Shown here: piece by piece, positions 61,514-64,000 of the stretch
How the letters are laid out: each line of letters starts with the position of its first letter
How positions within the stretch are numbered: the first letter of the stretch is position 1
Origin: Nitrospirota bacterium
GTDB taxonomy: Bacteria > Nitrospirota > Thermodesulfovibrionia > UBA6902
Direction of reading: 5' to 3'
Assembly (NCBI GenBank): GCA_016213935.1
Contig: JACQZG010000011.1
Coordinates: forward strand, 805 to 64,804
DNA length: 64,000 nt
The notes under the pieces: generated by a model
Database searches by the model: none
Told to the model about the DNA's origin: nothing
Seen by the model: the letters and a program-made list of their open reading frames with translations, nothing else
Made by a program: the position numbers and the translations under genes

Positions 61514-62302
61514 ATGCTCGAATCAATAATCCTCGGGATTGTGCAGGGGCTCACGGAGTTTCTCCCCGTGAGCAGTTCTGCCCATCTCATCATCCTGCCG
61601 TGGTTCTTTAAATGGGACGGCATCATCAATTCACTCTCCTTTGACGTCGCCCTCCACTTCGGAACACTTCTTGCGCTTCTCTTCTATTTCAGGAATGATT
61701 GGGTAGAATTATTGAAGAGCCTGTCTCAAAAAGAGGGACTGGCGTGGAAGATAATTGCCGGAACAATGCCTGCCGTGATTGCCGGATTCTTTCTTCATGA
61801 TTTTTTTGAACATTCCGTGAGAAACCCTTATCTCATTGCCGCTACATTATCGCTCGTCTCGGTTCTTATGCTCATCTCAGAAAAGGGTTATGACAATTAC
61901 AGCAGGCGCAGCATGGAATCTGTGACCTTTGGAAACGCTCTTTTGATAGGCTTTGCCCAGGCAACTGCGCTTATGCCCGGCGTATCGAGGTCAGGCATAA
62001 CCATTGTCGCGGGGCTCATGCTCAACCTGCGAAGGGAAGATGCGGCGCGCTTCTCTTTTCTTCTCGCGACACCGGCTGTCGCGGGTGCGAGCCTCCTTGA
62101 GGCGAAGAACCTTGCGGGAACGGGAGCGATTGAGATCGATATTTTCATGACAGGCGCTCTCTTCTCCGCGGCAACAGGCTTTTTCGCGGTTAAATACCTC
62201 ATACTATTCTTCAAAAATTACTCTCTCAGGCCCTTTGCTTATTATCGTTTTTTGCTCTCTTTTGCTATCATATTAGCAATATGGACAAGGCTGGCAGGAT
62301 AA
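61514..62302 (+). CDS. uppP: undecaprenyl-diphosphate phosphatase
   Basis: MLESIILGIVQGLTEFLPVSSSAHL and PGVSRSG motifs. Start chosen at 61514 by N-terminal conservation (track ORF starts at 61469). Confidence 0.92.
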   Translation: MLESIILGIVQGLTEFLPVSSSAHLIILPWFFKWDGIINSLSFDVALHFGTLLALLFYFRNDWVELLKSLSQKEGLAWKIIAGTMPAVIAGFFLHDFFEHSVRNPYLIAATLSLVSVLMLISEKGYDNYSRRSMESVTFGNALLIGFAQATALMPGVSRSGITIVAGLMLNLRREDAARFSFLLATPAVAGASLLEAKNLAGTGAIEIDIFMTGALFSAATGFFAVKYLILFFKNYSLRPFAYYRFLLSFAIILAIWTRLAG

Positions 62303-64000
62303 AGGAAGAGATTGCCGGTGTCCTCTGCCTCTCCGCGGGCATCATTATTCTGTTAAGCCTCATAACCCACAGCCCTAAAGACCCTTCATTCTTCACGCAT
62401 GCGTCAACTCCGCAGGCAGAGCCCGGAAACCTCTTCGGCGTCTTTGGTTCATACCTTTCCGAAACACTGCTTCAGGTGATGGGGCTTAGTTCATACATCT
62501 TCCCTCTCATCCTTTCGATATACGGCATAAAAAAGATGTTAGGCAAAGCGGGTTCTCAAAGGCCGGCAGTCTTTGCCGGCATGATTGTCATGCTCATACT
62601 CGCGTCATCATCCCTGTTCGCGCTTGCCCTCGGAAAGCCTGAGGCGGGAAATCCCTCGGGAGGTCTTACGGGCGTTTATATAACAAGCTTCTCCGTCACG
62701 TTTCTCTCTGCAATCGGCTCTTATATTCTCTTTCTGCCGCTCCTCATCATCACTCTCATGTACCTCATACAGTTTTCGATTGTTGACCTTTTTGCCGCAA
62801 TAAAAGAGAAGGCCGCGAAAAGTCCGAAATCAATGCCCTCGATTAAACCCCTGCTGACCGCGGTGAAGAAGAAAGAGAAGAAGGAGCCTGAGATAGAGCT
62901 CGAAATACTTCCCGAGATACCGGAAAAACAGGGGCATCTCCCTCTCAAATACCCGGAGAAGAAGGCAAAGCCTGCCGAGAAGAAGAGCGGCAAATACGAA
63001 CTCCCTCCGATCGAACTGCTCAATGACCCGCCCCCTTCAAAATCGAGGCCGTCAAAAGAGGAACTTCTTGAAGTGTCCGAACTTCTCGAAAAAAAGCTCC
63101 TCGACTTCTCTGTCGAAGGGAGGGTCACTTATGTCTCACCCGGCCCAATCGTGACGATGTTCGAGTTCCAGCCCGCGCCCGGGATAAAGATAAACAAGGT
63201 CGTTTCGCTCACCGATGACCTTGCAATGGCGTTCAAAGCGAACAGCCTAAGGATATCGCCCATTCCCAACAAAGCCACCCTCGGCATAGAAGTGCCGAAT
63301 AAGGACAGGGAGGATGTCTTTCTGCAGGACATCATTGTCTCGGACACCTTCAGAAAGGGGCACTCAAAACTCACGATGGCGCTCGGAAAGGATATCTTCG
63401 GCAATGCGGTTACCGCTGACCTCGCCAAGATGCCTCACCTTCTCGTGGCTGGCGCAACGGGTTCCGGCAAAAGCGTGGCCATAAACACCATGATACTGAG
63501 CCTCCTCTACAGGGCGACGCCCGCTGAGATAAAGATGCTCATGATAGACCCTAAGATGCTTGAGCTGTCAGCGTATCAGGACATCCCCCATCTCATCATG
63601 CCCGTGATAACAAACCCGAAGGAGGCATCGGGCGCCCTCAAAAAGATAGTCTTTGAGATGGAGCGGCGCTACAGGCTTCTTGCCGAATCGGGCTCGCGCA
63701 ATATCGAGGCTTACAATGCAAAACTTAAGAGCGGGGCTGTGCCCGAGAGCATTTCGGAGACTGAAAAAGGCGACCCTCAAAGGGAGCCTCTTCCATATAT
63801 TGTGGTTCTTATTGATGAACTTTCAGATCTTATGCTCGTCTCCGCGCATGAGGTTGAAGACTCTATAGCGAGGCTCGCCCAGATGGCGCGCGCCGCCGGG
63901 ATACATCTCATCCTCGCTACCCAACGGCCTTCGGTGGATGTGATAACAGGCGTGATCAAGGCGAACTTCCCGTCGAGAATAGCCTTCAATGTCTCTTCCA
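62281..64000 (+). CDS. ftsK: DNA translocase FtsK/SpoIIIE, 5' portion (continues past the window end)
   Basis: Not in the ORF track (no stop). Hand translation from ATG 62281 gives MDKAGRIKEEIAGVLCLSAG..., 4 TM helices, a K/E/P-rich linker, then LLVAGATGSGKSVAIN (Walker A), VVLIDELSDLM and ILATQRPSVDVITG. Confidence 0.92.
   Translation, partial: MDKAGRIKEEIAGVLCLSAGIIILLSLITHSPKDPSFFTHASTPQAEPGNLFGVFGSYLSETLLQVMGLSSYIFPLILSIYGIKKMLGKAGSQRPAVFAGMIVMLILASSSLFALALGKPEAGNPSGGLTGVYITSFSVTFLSAIGSYILFLPLLIITLMYLIQFSIVDLFAAIKEKAAKSPKSMPSIKPLLTAVKKKEKKEPEIELEILPEIPEKQGHLPLKYPEKKAKPAEKKSGKYELPPIELLNDPPPSKSRPSKEELLEVSELLEKKLLDFSVEGRVTYVSPGPIVTMFEFQPAPGIKINKVVSLTDDLAMAFKANSLRISPIPNKATLGIEVPNKDREDVFLQDIIVSDTFRKGHSKLTMALGKDIFGNAVTADLAKMPHLLVAGATGSGKSVAINTMILSLLYRATPAEIKMLMIDPKMLELSAYQDIPHLIMPVITNPKEASGALKKIVFEMERRYRLLAESGSRNIEAYNAKLKSGAVPESISETEKGDPQREPLPYIVVLIDELSDLMLVSAHEVEDSIARLAQMARAAGIHLILATQRPSVDVITGVIKANFPSRIAFNVSS

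Overview
Chromosomal segment of a diderm (LPS-making) bacterium. GC is about 50% by eye. Lineage is not determinable from here; the gene content and dense small repeats resemble uncultivated anaerobic lineages such as Nitrospirota or delta-like groups (low confidence). All homology calls come from reading the ORF-track translations and from my own hand translation of regions the track omits. No searches were run.

Layout:
(1) 1-20886, minus strand: a complete dcw division/cell-wall cluster, mraZ-rsmH-ftsL-ftsI-murE-murF-mraY-murD-ftsW-murG-murC-murB-ddl-ftsQ-ftsA-ftsZ. It is followed by an unknown gene, ruvX, mltG and the 5' part of ispG. A recognisable sigma70-type promoter and a phased GTGGT operator lie upstream of mraZ.
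(2) 21095-21745: a XerC/D-type recombinase with an in-frame internal deletion of the catalytic core.
(3) 21855-30839: eight plus-strand genes joined by 4-17 nt overlaps. A Lon-like AAA+ protease leads lipid A/inner-core LPS genes (LpxL-like acyltransferase, GT9 heptosyltransferase fused to GmhB, second GT9, DUF3108, GT2, Ugd). The run ends in an 86-aa protein with two MshEN-like (c-di-GMP-binding type) motifs, convergent with a GAF-GGDEF cyclase.
(4) Housekeeping genes interspersed with accessory-looking ones: rsmG, a stand-alone LigD-type 3'-phosphoesterase, ubiE, a class II Fic protein, tmk-holB-PSP1-metG, MOSC, mogA, ccdA, a UPF0016 transporter, uvrA, rnr, an AT-rich lipoprotein gene, purL, purF, a peptide-type ABC importer without ATPase genes and split by an antisense plsC, pyrE, atpI/atpZ, uppP, and the 5' part of ftsK.

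Most unusual feature: several families of short repeats. One is a G/C palindrome with core CCCCTT-NNN-AAGGGG that sits in-frame inside metG and purL, encoding PPL(A/S)KGG-like peptides. A degenerate copy supplies the -35 hexamer of the mraZ promoter. The others are TGTCAT-YYGAGCCTGC units and REP-like hairpins in intergenic regions.

No rRNA, tRNA, CRISPR array, transposase or recognisable riboswitch was seen.
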